Assembly (NCBI GenBank): GCA_963724295.1
Contig: CAVRUC010000005.1
Span: forward strand, 128,001 to 192,000
DNA from: an uncultured Chloroflexia bacterium
Lineage (GTDB): Bacteria > Chloroflexota > Chloroflexia > Thermomicrobiales > UBA6265
Direction: 5' to 3'
Length of the DNA stretch: 64,000 nt
In this document: positions 32,647 to 43,448 of the stretch, piece by piece
Numbering within the stretch: the first letter of the stretch is position 1
How the letters are laid out: every line of letters starts with the position of its first letter
Notes under the pieces: generated by a model
Told to the model about the DNA's origin: nothing
Seen by the model: the letters and a program-made list of their open reading frames with translations, nothing else
The model's database searches: none
Program-made: the position numbers and the translations under genes

Positions 32647-35600
32647 ATGTTTCCTTACGAACCAAAAGCCACCCTTGCCGACGCCGCCGCGCTGCCATCG
32701 CAGCTCCGCATGAAGCTTGCGGCGTGGCTCCGGGTGAGCGGTCAGCTCGAAGACGCCGCGAAGCTGCTGGACCTGATCGAGCAGGAGTCAGGCGAGTCGG
32801 CCACGCTTCTGGACGAGCGAGCGGCCCTGGCGCTGGCGCTTCGCGACGCCGCCGGGGTTCGCGCCTGCTGGGAGCGTCGCCTCGCCAACCATCCGGCGCC
32901 AAGTGCTCGTGCCGCCTTCGCTCGCGCGCTTCTCGAGCTGGGAGACCTGGCGGAAGCGGCCGAGATCACTCAAGAGCTCCTTGCGACGCACGGAGATTTA
33001 GCTACGGTTCGGTCCATTGCCGCCGAGGTTGCTCTCCAGCACGGTGATCTCGCCACCGCTCTCGACCACTGGACGGCACACCTGGAAGACACCTCTCGTA
33101 TCGCGCCGCTACTGGCGATGACCCGCATTGCCTTGCTCGGCGGCGACCTCGACGAGGCTCGTGCGACACTCAGTCGCGCCCTGGCTGATCCCGCCGTCTT
33201 GACCGCGGCCCAGATTGCGTCCGCCGCCGGCCTGGCGGAGATACTGGCGCAGCCCGCCCGGGCCCAGGCGCTACGGCTGCGCTACGCCCGGCTGGAAGCA
33301 CAGCGCGTCGCCGCGCTCGCCGCCGAGATCGATACCGCCCTCGGCCGAACCGTGGAGATGCGCTCCAGTGACCGGCTTCTCGACGAAGAGCATGGCGCTT
33401 CGCCGTCGCTGCCTGACGAATTGGGATCAAATCCACAATTGGCATCGGAGGCACAGTTTCAAGATTTGACATCACTGCCGGCAGAGGAGCCACTTGCCGA
33501 CAGCCGTGCATTGGACACGTTGCGCGAGGTGTTCGGCCACGATCGCTTTCTTCCCGGTCAAACCGCCGTTATCAATCGGGTGCTGGCCGGTGTCGACACG
33601 CTGGCCATCCTGCCCACGGGCGCTGGCAAATCGCTCACATTCCAGCTGCCATCAATGCTCTTGCCGGGCACGACGCTGGTGCTCTCGCCGCTGATCGCTC
33701 TGATGAAAGATCAGGTCGAGGGTCTTCCGCCCGCCCTGCGCGAGCGGACCGTCCTCGTCAACAGCACCCTCACCCCCGCACAGCAGCAGCGCGCCATGGA
33801 TGAGATCGCCGTCGGATCCTACAAGCTCGTCTACGCCGCTCCGGAACGCCTCCGTCAGCACGGCTTCTTGCGCGTTCTGCGGCAGGCAGGTGTCTCGCTG
33901 GTGGTCGTCGATGAGGCCCATTGCATCTCGCTCTGGGGTCACGATTTCCGACCCGATTACCTCTCGATCCCCGCTGCACTGCCTGAGCTGGGCGACCCGC
34001 CGTTGCTGGCCATGACCGCCACCGCCTCGGCGGAGACCGCTTCCTCGCTGTCGGGCGCGTTCCGGCGCGATCTCGACGTGGTCCGCTCCAGCTCCTTCCG
34101 TCCCAATCTGTTCTACGCCGCGCGAGCGGCTGGGCTCGAAAGAGGAGAAGGCGCGGCGGGTGGTCGCGCTCTGCCGTGAGCTGCGCGGGCAGGGCATCGT
34201 CTACGTCTCATCCCGCCGCGATGCCGAGAACCTGGCCGGCGTGCTGGGCGATAACGGCGTGCGGGCGGTTCCATATCACGCGGGTCTCGAGCCACGGTTA
34301 CGCGCCGCCAACCAGGACCGCTTCATGCGCGGCGACGCGCGCGTCGTCGTCGCCACCGTTGCCTTCGGCATGGGCGTCGACAAACCTGACGTCCGCTTCA
34401 TCATCCACTTCAGCCCCAGCACCTCGCTGGAGGCATATGCCCAGGAATCTGGTCGCGCTGGTCGCGACGGCAACCCGTCTCGCTGCGTCCTGCTCTACAC
34501 CGCATCGGACCGTGCCACGCAGACCCGCCTCGCCCGGCGCGACGCAATGGACCTTGCCACGCTGCGCCAGGTCTACGCCGGTATCAAGCGGCACGCGGCG
34601 GGATCGTGGGCGATTTTCGATCCTTCGCGGATCGTGCTCGGGCGCGAGGATGGCGATGATCTCGACGAAGCGCCGGACCCCCGCATTGGCATCGGTCTCC
34701 TCGTCGAAGGCGGGCTCCTGGAACGCCATCCCAACGCACCCGCCACCTGGACCCTGACGCCGGGTAGAGCTGGAGATGAAGCGCCGGGAGTGCTTGACGA
34801 AGAGGATGCCGCTCTCTGGGGGAAGGTGGTCGATTGGGCTGGGCTCGATCCAGCCCTCGGCCGGCCCGTCACGCTGCAGACGGCCGCCATCTGCGATGCG
34901 CTGAACATCTCCCCGGAGATTTTGGCGCGCGTGCTCGAGGGCCAACAGGACTGGCACGCTCAAGAAGGCAACCGCCTGCCGTGTCTCCGGCTCTTCCCGG
35001 TCGAAGCGAACGCCGGCGCGCGGCTGCAACGAGTGCTCGACAACGCCGCGCAACGCGCCAAGACCCGTGTCAACCGGATGATGACCTACGCCGAAGGTCG
35101 CCGCTGCCGGCATGCCGAGATCGCCGCCCATCTCGGCGAACGACTCAACCCCTGCGGCGACGCCTGTGACGTCTGCACCCGCGAGCGAGGCGAAGGATCC
35201 GAAACGAACGCCAGGCAGGAGCGACCTGCTGGGAAGCGATCCGTTGCGACATCGGCGGACGCGATCGCCGTCTTGAAAGCGGTCGCCAGCGCCCCGTTCT
35301 CCGTCGGCAAGACCGGGCTCATCCGCCTCCTTGAAGGCTCGATCCAGAGCCGCATCCAGGGGGATCGGTCCCCGTACTTCGGAGCGCTCGGCGACCTGCC
35401 GAAAGCGAAGATCGATGGACTGATCGATCGCCTCGTCGAGGACGGCTACCTCCACCGGGATCTCAACCACGAATTCAAGCTCATCCGCCTGACCAGTCAG
35501 GGAGCCGAGGCAGGTCCGGACGACCTGGCTGCCTATGACAGCGTGCCTGAGCGACTCGGAGCATCCTCGTCCGCCCTTGAGCCAGACGGCGATCAGGACC

Positions 35601-35869
35601 TCTCACCCGAGGCTGACGCGCTCTTGCGCCGGCTGCACGACTGGCGGCGAGAGCGCGCACTCCGAGACGCCGTTCCCGCCTATGTCGTCGCGCCCAATTC
35701 GACGCTGGTCGAGATCGCGCGGCGCCGGCCCGGATCGATCGGTGAGCTGGTCGAAATCAAGGGCTTTGGCCCGACCCGAGTCGAGAAGTACGGAGAGGAG
35801 ATTTTCGCCGTTCTCGGCCAGGCGGCCGCGTCGGATCTCCCGGACGAAGTGCAGACGACCCTATACTAG
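32647..35869 (+). CDS. recQ: RecQ-family helicase with an N-terminal TPR-like extension plus RQC and HRDC domains (frameshift near 34120)
   Basis: LPTGAGKS, DEAHCISLWGHDFRP, ATVAFGMGVDK, QESGRAGRDG, Zn site CRH..CDVC and HRDC WRRERA..VPAYVV. Confidence 0.9.
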
Positions 35870-35913
35870 ACTCCGTCCCGCTCAAAGGGGCGATGCGCTG
35901 ACCCCGGCGCCAC

Positions 35914-36011
35914 GGGGGCGGATGGGGCCCGGTGGCCTCCCCAGTCTTCAAAACTGTGTGAGTGGGGGTGCTCCCCTCACTGGTGGGTTCGACTCCCATG
36001 CGCCCTCGCCA
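35914..36011 (+). tRNA. selC: tRNA-Sec (anticodon UCA)
   Basis: 6-bp D stem with a 4-nt loop, loop CTTCAAA (TCA at 35948-35950), long 8-bp variable arm, GGTTCGACTCC T arm and a GCCA end. Confidence 0.93.
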
Positions 36012-36115
36012 CCAGAGACCGCGTAATAGTCGGGGAAGAGGAAGGGTTAGAGCGATCATGCGCTCCAGCCCTCGCATTGTGTGGCGTCCGTTTGACACCC
36101 AAATTGACACCTTAA

Positions 36116-37617
36116 GCTTGTGATTTAACCCGAGGCAGGGGCGGTGGTCGGCGGCATTGGCCAACCGCCTGTCGTTCTGGCAAGCTGCGCGGCATGCCCG
36201 CTGATGACCTTGCGTCCCTCCGCGCCTTTCGCACTGACCTTCACGGCTGCTTTCCCGCGCCGCGCTGACGCCCTGTGCGAACTGGTCGATGCCCTGCTGG
36301 CCGCCGATGCGGTCACCTCGCTGCCCCACTTCAGTTTGCAGGCACCACACCGCCGCGGCTGGGGCAGCCTCTACGACGCGCTGACCGCAGGGCGCCTCGA
36401 CGTCGCGGCACTGCGCGCGATGCTCCTGGCGCAGGTGCTCCCGGATACCCAACCGGTCTACGCGGTGGATCTGAGCGTCTGGCCCCGGTGCGACGCCGAG
36501 ACCAGTCCGGAGCGCGGCTTTTACTACCATCCTTCGCGGCACTCGGCCGGGCAACCGATCGTTGCTGGGTGGGCGTATCAGTGGCTGGCGCAACTCAACT
36601 TCGACCGGGACAGTTGGACTGCGCCGTGCGATGTCCGGCGTGTCCCACCGACCGAGAATGCCCATACCGTTGCCGTTGAGCAGATCAGGGCCCTCCTCAC
36701 CCAGGAGCCAGGAGCCGAGACCAGGCCCCTCGTCGTCTTCGACGCTGGCTACGATTCGGCGCACCTGACACAGGCCTTAGCCGAAACCCCCGTGGCCATC
36801 CTCGTCCGCTTGCGCGCCGACCGCTGCTTTTACGCTGATCCGCCGCCGGCGATGCCGTCACCGAAGGGCGGTCGTCCGCGCAAGCACGGGGCCAAGTTTG
36901 CCTGCAAGGACCCGACGACGTGGCCGGTGCCAACCGCCGAGCAGGTGATTCAAGACGAGCAATACGGCACCGTGCGCGTACGCGCCTGGGCGGGCTTGCA
37001 CCCCAAGCAGCAGGCGCATCCCGGCCGCGGCACCCGCAAGACCCGGCCCATCGTGCGGGGCACCGTCGTCTTGGTTGAGGTCAGCCGTTTGCCGGCTCGG
37101 CCGTACCCGCCAAAGCTGTTGTGGCTGTGGTGGGCCGGTCCGGGCAGCCCGGACTTGGATCTGCTGTGGCGATCGTACGTCCGGCGTTTCGATCTCGAGC
37201 ACACGCTGCGCTTCTGCAAGCAGAGCCTCGGCTGGACGATGCCGCGGGTGCGGCACCCGGAGCAAGCTGATCGCTGGACGTGGTTGGTGGTGGCCGCTTA
37301 TACCCAGCTGCGGCTCGCGCGACCGTGGATCGCTGACCGTCGGCTGCCCTGGGAGCGGCCGCTCGCGCTGGGGACATCGACGCCCGCCCGCGTCCGGCGG
37401 GCCCTTTCCGCACTCTTGCCGATGGTCGGCACGCCGGCCAAAGCGCCAAAACCCTGCGGTCGCTCACCAGGCCGACCCATGGGGAGTCGGCTGGGACGCG
37501 CTCCCCGCTACCCCGCCCTCAAGAAAGCGGCCTGAGACCTGCTTTCGGCCTGAACTCCACCCGATCCGCCGCGTCCGCCGAGCACGGTGCGACTCCTCCT
37601 GAGGTTAAATCACAAGC
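36116..37617 (+). mobile_element. Complete insertion sequence (IS701-like DDE family)
   Basis: Perfect 15-bp TIRs GCTTGTGATTTAACC (36116-36130) / GGTTAAATCACAAGC (37603-37617), flanked by TAA on both sides. Confidence 0.92.
36194..37535 (+). CDS. DDE transposase (IS701-like), frameshift near 36251
   Basis: RRADALCELVDA, RRGWGSLYDAL, AVDLSVWPR, VFDAGYD, YVRRFDLEHTLRFCKQ and PKPCGRSPGRP. The N-terminus MPADDLASLRAFRTDLHGCF is in another frame. Confidence 0.88.
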
Positions 37618-37649
37618 TAAGTTCTAGTACCTTCCCGCAAACACCGCAT

Positions 37650-37950
37650 TTACCCGGCGAGAACGGCATCCATTGCCGCTGCCACTTGCTGGTGCATCGC
37701 CGGAAGCAGATGCGAGTAGGTGTCCAGCGTGAGACCGACCGTGCCGTGCATGTCTGGAGACCACATTCGGGTGCACGCCTTGCATCAAGGCCAGCGTGGC
37801 CGCCGTGTGACGTAGATCGTGGAACCGCACGCGTCGGATTCCGGCCGCATCGAGCGCGGTGTAAAACACCTGGCGTGACCATGACGGGGTCGATTGACCC
37901 GCCAAAGGGGCCGGCAAACACCAGATCGAGCTCGCCATTGATTGTCAATC
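37650..37950 (-). pseudogene. C-terminal remnant of a tyrosine recombinase/integrase
   Basis: Across three frames: DLVFAGPFG.., IRRVRFHDLRHTAATLALMQGVHP..VVS and LTLDTYSHLLPAMHQQVAAAMD*. The LGH segment is disrupted and the N-terminus is missing. Confidence 0.88.
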
Positions 37951-37981
37951 AGAAGCCCGTGAGTCGGATTAAAAACCGACC

Positions 37982-38934
37982 ATGAGCGGACAGGCTGCCT
38001 CAACACGCTCGCCCAAAGTCGGGCTGTTTCTGCCGACTGGCGAGCTCATGGCAGGTGGCGCCACAGCGGGCTGGGCGGAGCTGCTGAACCTGGCCCGGCG
38101 AGCAGAGGACCTCGGCTTCGATTCACTCTGGGTTCCTGACCACTTCCTCCTGGGGTCTGACGGCGATTCGGAGGCGATCGGCGGCTGGGAGTGCTGGTCG
38201 CTGCTTGCCGCGTTGGCCGCAACGACCTCACGTGTAGAGCTGGGAGCACTCGTCAGCTGCACCGGATACCGCAATCCGGCACTGCTGGCCAAGGTGGCCA
38301 GTACGGTTGACGAGATCAGCGACGGCCGGTTGGTCCTCGGCATCGGAGCCGGCTGGGCAGAATCGGAGTTCCGCGCCTTCGGCTTCCCGTTCGATCACCG
38401 GGTCGCCCGCTTCCAGGAGGCTATTCAGATCGTCACCGGTCTGTTACGCCACGGCCGACTGGATTTCCAGGGAACCTACTACTCCGTTCGGGACTGCGAG
38501 TTACGCCCACGCGGGCCGACGACCACATGGGCCACCCATCATGGTCGGGGCCTCAGGTCCCCGCATGCTTGGTCTCACCGCTCGCTACGCCGACGCCTGG
38601 AACGCCGACTTTGGCAGCGACCCAGAATCAATTCGCGGATTGAATGACGCCGTTGATGCCGCGTGCCGTGAGGCCGGTCGCGACCCGGCGACGCTCGGGC
38701 GTTCAGCGTCGGTCTTCGTCGACGTCACAGGCCACTCCCGCGCTGGCGACAACTGGGTTGCAGACGTGCGGGCGGGCCGTTCGCTTTCTGGCTCGACCGA
38801 GGAGCTAGCAATGGCGTTGCGGACATTACGCCGACGCGGGCGTCGAGCATGTTCAGGTCTGGCTGGACCCAAGCACGATCGCCGGCGTGGAAGCACTCGC
38901 CCCGGTTCTAGCGTCGCTCGACGGCATAAAGTGA
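37982..38934 (+). CDS. LLM-class flavin-dependent oxidoreductase (2 frameshifts)
   Basis: AEDLGFDSLWVPDH, RNPALLAK, GRLVLGIGAGW, PPIMVGASGPRML..YADAWN and GVEHVQVWL. Confidence 0.85.
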
Positions 38935-38998
38935 AGTCCGTTGGCGCCAGGACGCCGAAAAAGCGCACTCAGAGTTCCCGAACTCCCAATTGCTCGCA

Positions 38999-40273
38999 TC
39001 AGGTTGAAATTTTCATCTCGCCAGCGCCATAGCGAATCGCCGCGTCGACGAAGATTCGCGGTGCCTGCTGCAGCGCCAGGATGCTGACCCACTCGTTCGG
39101 ACCGTGCGCGAGCGGCAGGAGCCCGGGACCGAACGCGGCGAGAGTTGGGATGCCGCCCTGGCCTTGAAACGGCCAGGCGTCGGTCGCCCCCGGGAAGGCG
39201 GCGAGCGGTGGCGCTTCGCCGAGCACGTCCGCCGCGGCGCGCTCGACCGCGCGCACCATCGGATCGTCCTGCGGCACCTCAGTCGGCGCGATCCAGGCTA
39301 GCGTCGGCGCAAACTCCCAGGTGACCTCTGCCCCGGGCACCAGAGGCCGGATCCGTTCCAGCGCGGCGTCGACATCCTCGGCCAGGGACTCCTGGGTCAT
39401 CCCGGGTGTGGTGCGGATGTCGCACCAGAACTCCGCGTGGCCGGGGAGCACACCGTAGCCGACGCCGCCGATGCTCTTCACGCCGAGGTTGATCGTCGGC
39501 CCGGCTGGGCATAACGGATGCTCGGGATAGCGAAGCTTCAGCTCGCGTCGCAGGGCCACCAGCACGTTCGCCATTGCCTCGACCGCATTGACCGTCGGCA
39601 GCTGGTCCGAGATCGAGGAGTGCGTCTGCGTGCCCTTGACGATGACGCGGAAGCCGCTGAACCCGCGCGAGATGACTCGTATAGCCTCCCAGTCCTCATG
39701 CACTCCGGCAGGCTCCCCCAGCAGGATGGCGTCGACCTCTAGCGCACCTGACCGCACGAGATAGGACGCTCCGAAGTGGCTGCCGTACTCCTCGTCGGCC
39801 GTGAAGATCAGACTGAGCGACCCCGCGGCCCGGTCCGCGACCCGCGCGAACGCCGCCCCGGCCAGGACCATCGCCGCACAGGCGCCCTTCATATCGGTCG
39901 AGCCGAGCCCGAAGAGGCGGTCTCCCTCGATCGTCGGCGCGAAGGGATCGGTTCGCCACTCCGCCGCCGCGTCGCCCACCGGCTTGGTGTCGAGATGACC
40001 GCACAGCGCCAGGTGCGGCCCCGGGCGCGCCCCATCGATGCGGACGATCAGGTTCGGCCGGTGCGGCGCTTCGGCCAATACTCGCGCCCGAGGCAATCCG
40101 TAGTGCGCGAGCGCCCGCTCGATCACCGCCGCCGGCGCCGTCTCATCCCCCGGCAGATTCGGCGATGGCGCCGCGACGAGCGCCGAGGTCAGCGCGATCA
40201 CCTCGCCTTGCCGCTCTCCCAGGAAGCTATCTGCCTCCACTAGCAGAGATCGAGTGGAATCGATGGCGCTCAC
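38999..40273 (-). CDS. M20 (ArgE/DapE-like) metallo-amidohydrolase
   Basis: CGHLDT, GLGSTDMKG, ADEE, GATD and AHGPNE. Confidence 0.9.
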   Translation of the reverse strand: MSAIDSTRSLLVEADSFLGERQGEVIALTSALVAAPSPNLPGDETAPAAVIERALAHYGLPRARVLAEAPHRPNLIVRIDGARPGPHLALCGHLDTKPVGDAAAEWRTDPFAPTIEGDRLFGLGSTDMKGACAAMVLAGAAFARVADRAAGSLSLIFTADEEYGSHFGASYLVRSGALEVDAILLGEPAGVHEDWEAIRVISRGFSGFRVIVKGTQTHSSISDQLPTVNAVEAMANVLVALRRELKLRYPEHPLCPAGPTINLGVKSIGGVGYGVLPGHAEFWCDIRTTPGMTQESLAEDVDAALERIRPLVPGAEVTWEFAPTLAWIAPTEVPQDDPMVRAVERAAADVLGEAPPLAAFPGATDAWPFQGQGGIPTLAAFGPGLLPLAHGPNEWVSILALQQAPRIFVDAAIRYGAGEMKIST

Positions 40274-40329
40274 ATCCTATGAACCCCGACTGATAGTTGC
40301 CGAAATGATCAACGCCCCGCGGCCAGTCT

Positions 40330-40376
40330 CCCCCTCTCCCAGCGCCGACTGGGAGAGGGGGTCAGGGGGGTGAGGC
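40330..40376. repeat. CCCTCTCCC/GGGAGAGGG REP-like palindrome
   Basis: 13-bp IR CCCCCTCTCCCAG / CTGGGAGAGGGGG plus a GGGGGTGAGG tail, as in the copy at 20299. Confidence 0.75.
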
Positions 40377-40401
40377 GCGCCGCCAGGTGAGGCACCCAAG
40401 G

Positions 40402-41545
40402 CTAATCCGCCAGCAGCGCCGCGGACTGCGGATTGAAGACCACGCTCACCGACTCGCCCGCCGCGTGCTCGTTCTCCCCGACCGCTCGGTTCTGGCGGTA
40501 GACCGTCAGCATCTGACCACCCGGCAGGCGGATCAGGTATTGCGTGTGCGTGCCGACGTAAACGATCTCTTCGAGCCGCCCCGTCAACGCGTTCGAACCG
40601 GGCACCTCGCTGCCGGGAAGATCTGCGAGCAGCGAGATCTTCTCCGGCCGCACCGCCAGCGTCATCCGTCCCTGCGGGTGGATACCGTCCGGAATTCGCG
40701 CTCGCAGCGGTCCCGATCCCGGTAGGTCGACGTTGACTCCCATCCCGTCCGAGCCGGTGACGTCGACCTCCAGGAAATTCGTCTGGCCGATGAAATCCGC
40801 CACGAAACGCGTTCGCGGCCGCTCGTAGATCTCGCCGGGCGTACCGAGCTGCAAGATGCACCCTTCGTTCATGACCGCGATGCGATCGGACATAGTGAGG
40901 GCTTCTTCCTGATCGTGGGTGACATAGACGAATGTCGCGCCAACCTCCCGGTTGAGCTGCTTCAGCTCCAGCTGCATCGCCTTGCGCAGCTTCAGGTCGA
41001 GCGCGCCGAGCGGTTCGTCCAGGAGAAGGACCGCGGGACGGTTGACGAGGGCGCGCGCCAACGCCACCCGCTGCTGCTGTCCGCCGGAAAGCTCCGCCGG
41101 CTTGCGTGCCTCGACATGCGGCAGCCGCACCATGGCCAGGGCGTCCCCTACGCGCTTCTGCCGCTCGGCTTTGGGCACCCCCGCCATTTCGAGACCGTAG
41201 CTCACGTTCTGCGCCACGGTCATGTGTGGAAAGAGCGCGTAATTCTGAAAGACCGTGTTCACGGGCCGGCGATAGGGCGGGCCGGTCTCCCATCGCCTCA
41301 CCCTCGATGAAGATCTCACCCGAGGAAGGCAGTTCGAAGCCACCGATCATCCGCAGCGTCGTCGTCTTGCCGCAGCCGGACGGTCCCAGCAACGTCAGAA
41401 ACTCACCCTGTCGCACGTCGAGAGAGATGCCGTTGACAGCCTGCACGTCGCCGAAATGCTTGCGAACCTCGCGCAATTCGATGCTGGGCCGCCCCACGTG
41501 TCGGGACTGGGGAGAGACCGATTCGCTTACGGCTAACTGGGCCAT
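40402..41545 (-). CDS. potA: Polyamine-type ABC transporter ATP-binding protein (frameshift near 41285)
   Basis: [47 protein letters not shown] and a TOBE tail. Confidence 0.88.
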
Positions 41546-41568
41546 TCTTGGAGTCTCCAATGTCTCAT

Positions 41569-42429
41569 TCAACCGCCGATGGCCGCCTGCTTCGAAAGCC
41601 GATTCGAAAGAAGCACGCCGGCGAGCGACACGGCAACGATGATTGTCGCCGCCGCGTTGATTTCCGGCGATATTCCCTGGCGCAGCCGGCCCCAGATCAG
41701 CAAAGGCAACGTCTTTTCGCGCCCCGTCAGGAAGAACGTGACCACCACCTCGTCGAAGGAGAGCGTGAAAGCCAGGATGGCGCCTGCCAGGATCGCGGGT
41801 CGGATCAACGGAAACGTGACCCGCCAGAACGTTCGATTGGGCGACGCCCCGAGATCCGCGGACGCTTCGTCCAGGCTTCGCGGCAGTTGGCCCAGTCGTG
41901 CCACGACGTTGTTCAGGACCAGCGTGATGCAAAACGTCCCGTGGGCGATGATGATCGTCCACTTCGAAAGCGGCCACCCCAGCATCGAGAAGAACGAAAG
42001 CATAGCCACGCCGGTGACGATCCCCGGCAGGACGATCGGCATGACCACAAAGAATCGGATCGCGGGCTTGCCGGGGAAGTTGTACCGGTCGAGGGCGAAC
42101 GCGGTCAGGGTCCCCAGCACTACGGCGATGCCGGCGGCAATCAGACCAATCAATACCGAGAGGCGGACCGACTCCTGAATGTCGCGGTCGACCAGCAGCT
42201 CGCCGTACCAGTCGAGTGTGTACCCCTTGATCGGCCAGGCGTTCACTTTAGTCGCGCTGAACGAATAGAGGATCACGACGAACAGCGGCAGGTAGAGGAA
42301 GAGATAGACGAGCGCCGAGGCAATTCCTAGCCACGGGCCGCCTCGCTTCGTCCGCGCCGGAGCCCTCGCCGGCATTGCCGCTGGCGCAATCGTTTCGGAA
42401 CCAAGCGTGCCGGCCCGGCTGACGCTCAT
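41569..42429 (-). CDS. potC: Polyamine-type ABC transporter permease
   Basis: YLFLYLP, LDEASADLGA and AFTLSFDE. Confidence 0.9.
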   Translation of the reverse strand: MSVSRAGTLGSETIAPAAMPARAPARTKRGGPWLGIASALVYLFLYLPLFVVILYSFSATKVNAWPIKGYTLDWYGELLVDRDIQESVRLSVLIGLIAAGIAVVLGTLTAFALDRYNFPGKPAIRFFVVMPIVLPGIVTGVAMLSFFSMLGWPLSKWTIIIAHGTFCITLVLNNVVARLGQLPRSLDEASADLGASPNRTFWRVTFPLIRPAILAGAILAFTLSFDEVVVTFFLTGREKTLPLLIWGRLRQGISPEINAAATIIVAVSLAGVLLSNRLSKQAAIGG

Positions 42430-43325
42430 CCCGCTTGACCTCGACCGAGGGCGCCCGCCTTGTTTGCCAGGAGCAGGAACACCGAGATGATGGCCAGGAC
42501 GGGCAGAATCAACGCGGCCCCCAGGGGCCAGTTGTTCGCCATGCCAAACTGGTCGGCGATGATCCCCCCAATCAGCTCGGTCCCCGCGCTGCCGCCAATC
42601 AGGCTCGGCGTGATGTAGTCGCCCATCGTCAGGCTGAACACACTCAGGCTGCCGGCGAGCAGACCGGGCAGCGAGAGCGGGAGGACCACGCGGCGAAACG
42701 TTTGCCACCAGTTTGCGCCCAGGTCGGACGCCGCCTCCAGTAATGAGTTCGGCATGCGGTCGAGGATGGTGTACAGCGGCAGGATCATGAACGGAAGCCA
42801 GACCTGGCAAAACGTGATGTACATCCCGGTCTTCGAGTACAGGAAGGCCGAGACCGGTTCGTTGACAACCCCCGTCGTCAACAGAAACGAGTTCAAAATG
42901 CCGTTAGTGCCGAGAATCGTCTTCCAGGCGAAGGCACGAACCAGATACGAGCTCCAGAGGGGAAAGACCACGAGGATGAGGAGGAGCTCGCGGTGTCTCG
43001 TCGCCCGTTTTGCGATGTAGAAGGCGATCGGGAACGCCAGGATCACGTCGGTCAGCGTCACCGCCGCCGCAATCAGGAAGGTTCGTAGCAAGACGGTCGG
43101 ATAGAGTGGATTCCCGGCGACCGTGCGCAGGTTGTCGAGCGTCAGGGTTCTGTCGATCGTCAGATAGTCGACAGACCAGAACGCGTGGAGCAGGAGCAGC
43201 CCAAGCGGGACCAGGTAAAAAACGCTGATCCAGGCCACCGGCGCGGTTAGCAGGGCGAACGGCCCCGGTTTTATCCTGGCCGCACTCCTGGTCTCCATAG
43301 TTGGGGCGGCCGTCGCGGTCGCCAT
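42426..43325 (-). CDS. potB: Polyamine-type ABC transporter permease
   Basis: PLWSSYLVRAFAW, LPFMILPLY, LLEAASDLGA and NWPLGAAL. Confidence 0.9.
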   Translation of the reverse strand: MATATAAPTMETRSAARIKPGPFALLTAPVAWISVFYLVPLGLLLLHAFWSVDYLTIDRTLTLDNLRTVAGNPLYPTVLLRTFLIAAAVTLTDVILAFPIAFYIAKRATRHRELLLILVVFPLWSSYLVRAFAWKTILGTNGILNSFLLTTGVVNEPVSAFLYSKTGMYITFCQVWLPFMILPLYTILDRMPNSLLEAASDLGANWWQTFRRVVLPLSLPGLLAGSLSVFSLTMGDYITPSLIGGSAGTELIGGIIADQFGMANNWPLGAALILPVLAIISVFLLLANKAGALGRGQAG

Positions 43326-43394
43326 CGCATCAACCTGTCTGCTCCTGGGCGTCCCTGGCGCAATGGCACTCGAGGCCCGATGGTGACCTGCCGC

Positions 43395-43422
43395 CCGGGG
43401 AACGGCGAGTGCCGTTCCCCGG
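43395..43422 (-). terminator. Stem-loop after potD
   Basis: 12-bp IR CCGGGGAACGGC / GCCGTTCCCCGG. Confidence 0.55.
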
Positions 43423-43448
43423 AGGCCGAACCTCACGCGGGCCGTGGC

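Noticed and set aside
38972..38998. Possible degenerate att copy of the tRNA-Sec 3' end (GTTCCCGAACTCCCA)
   Set aside because: It needs several gaps to align and is too weak to call.
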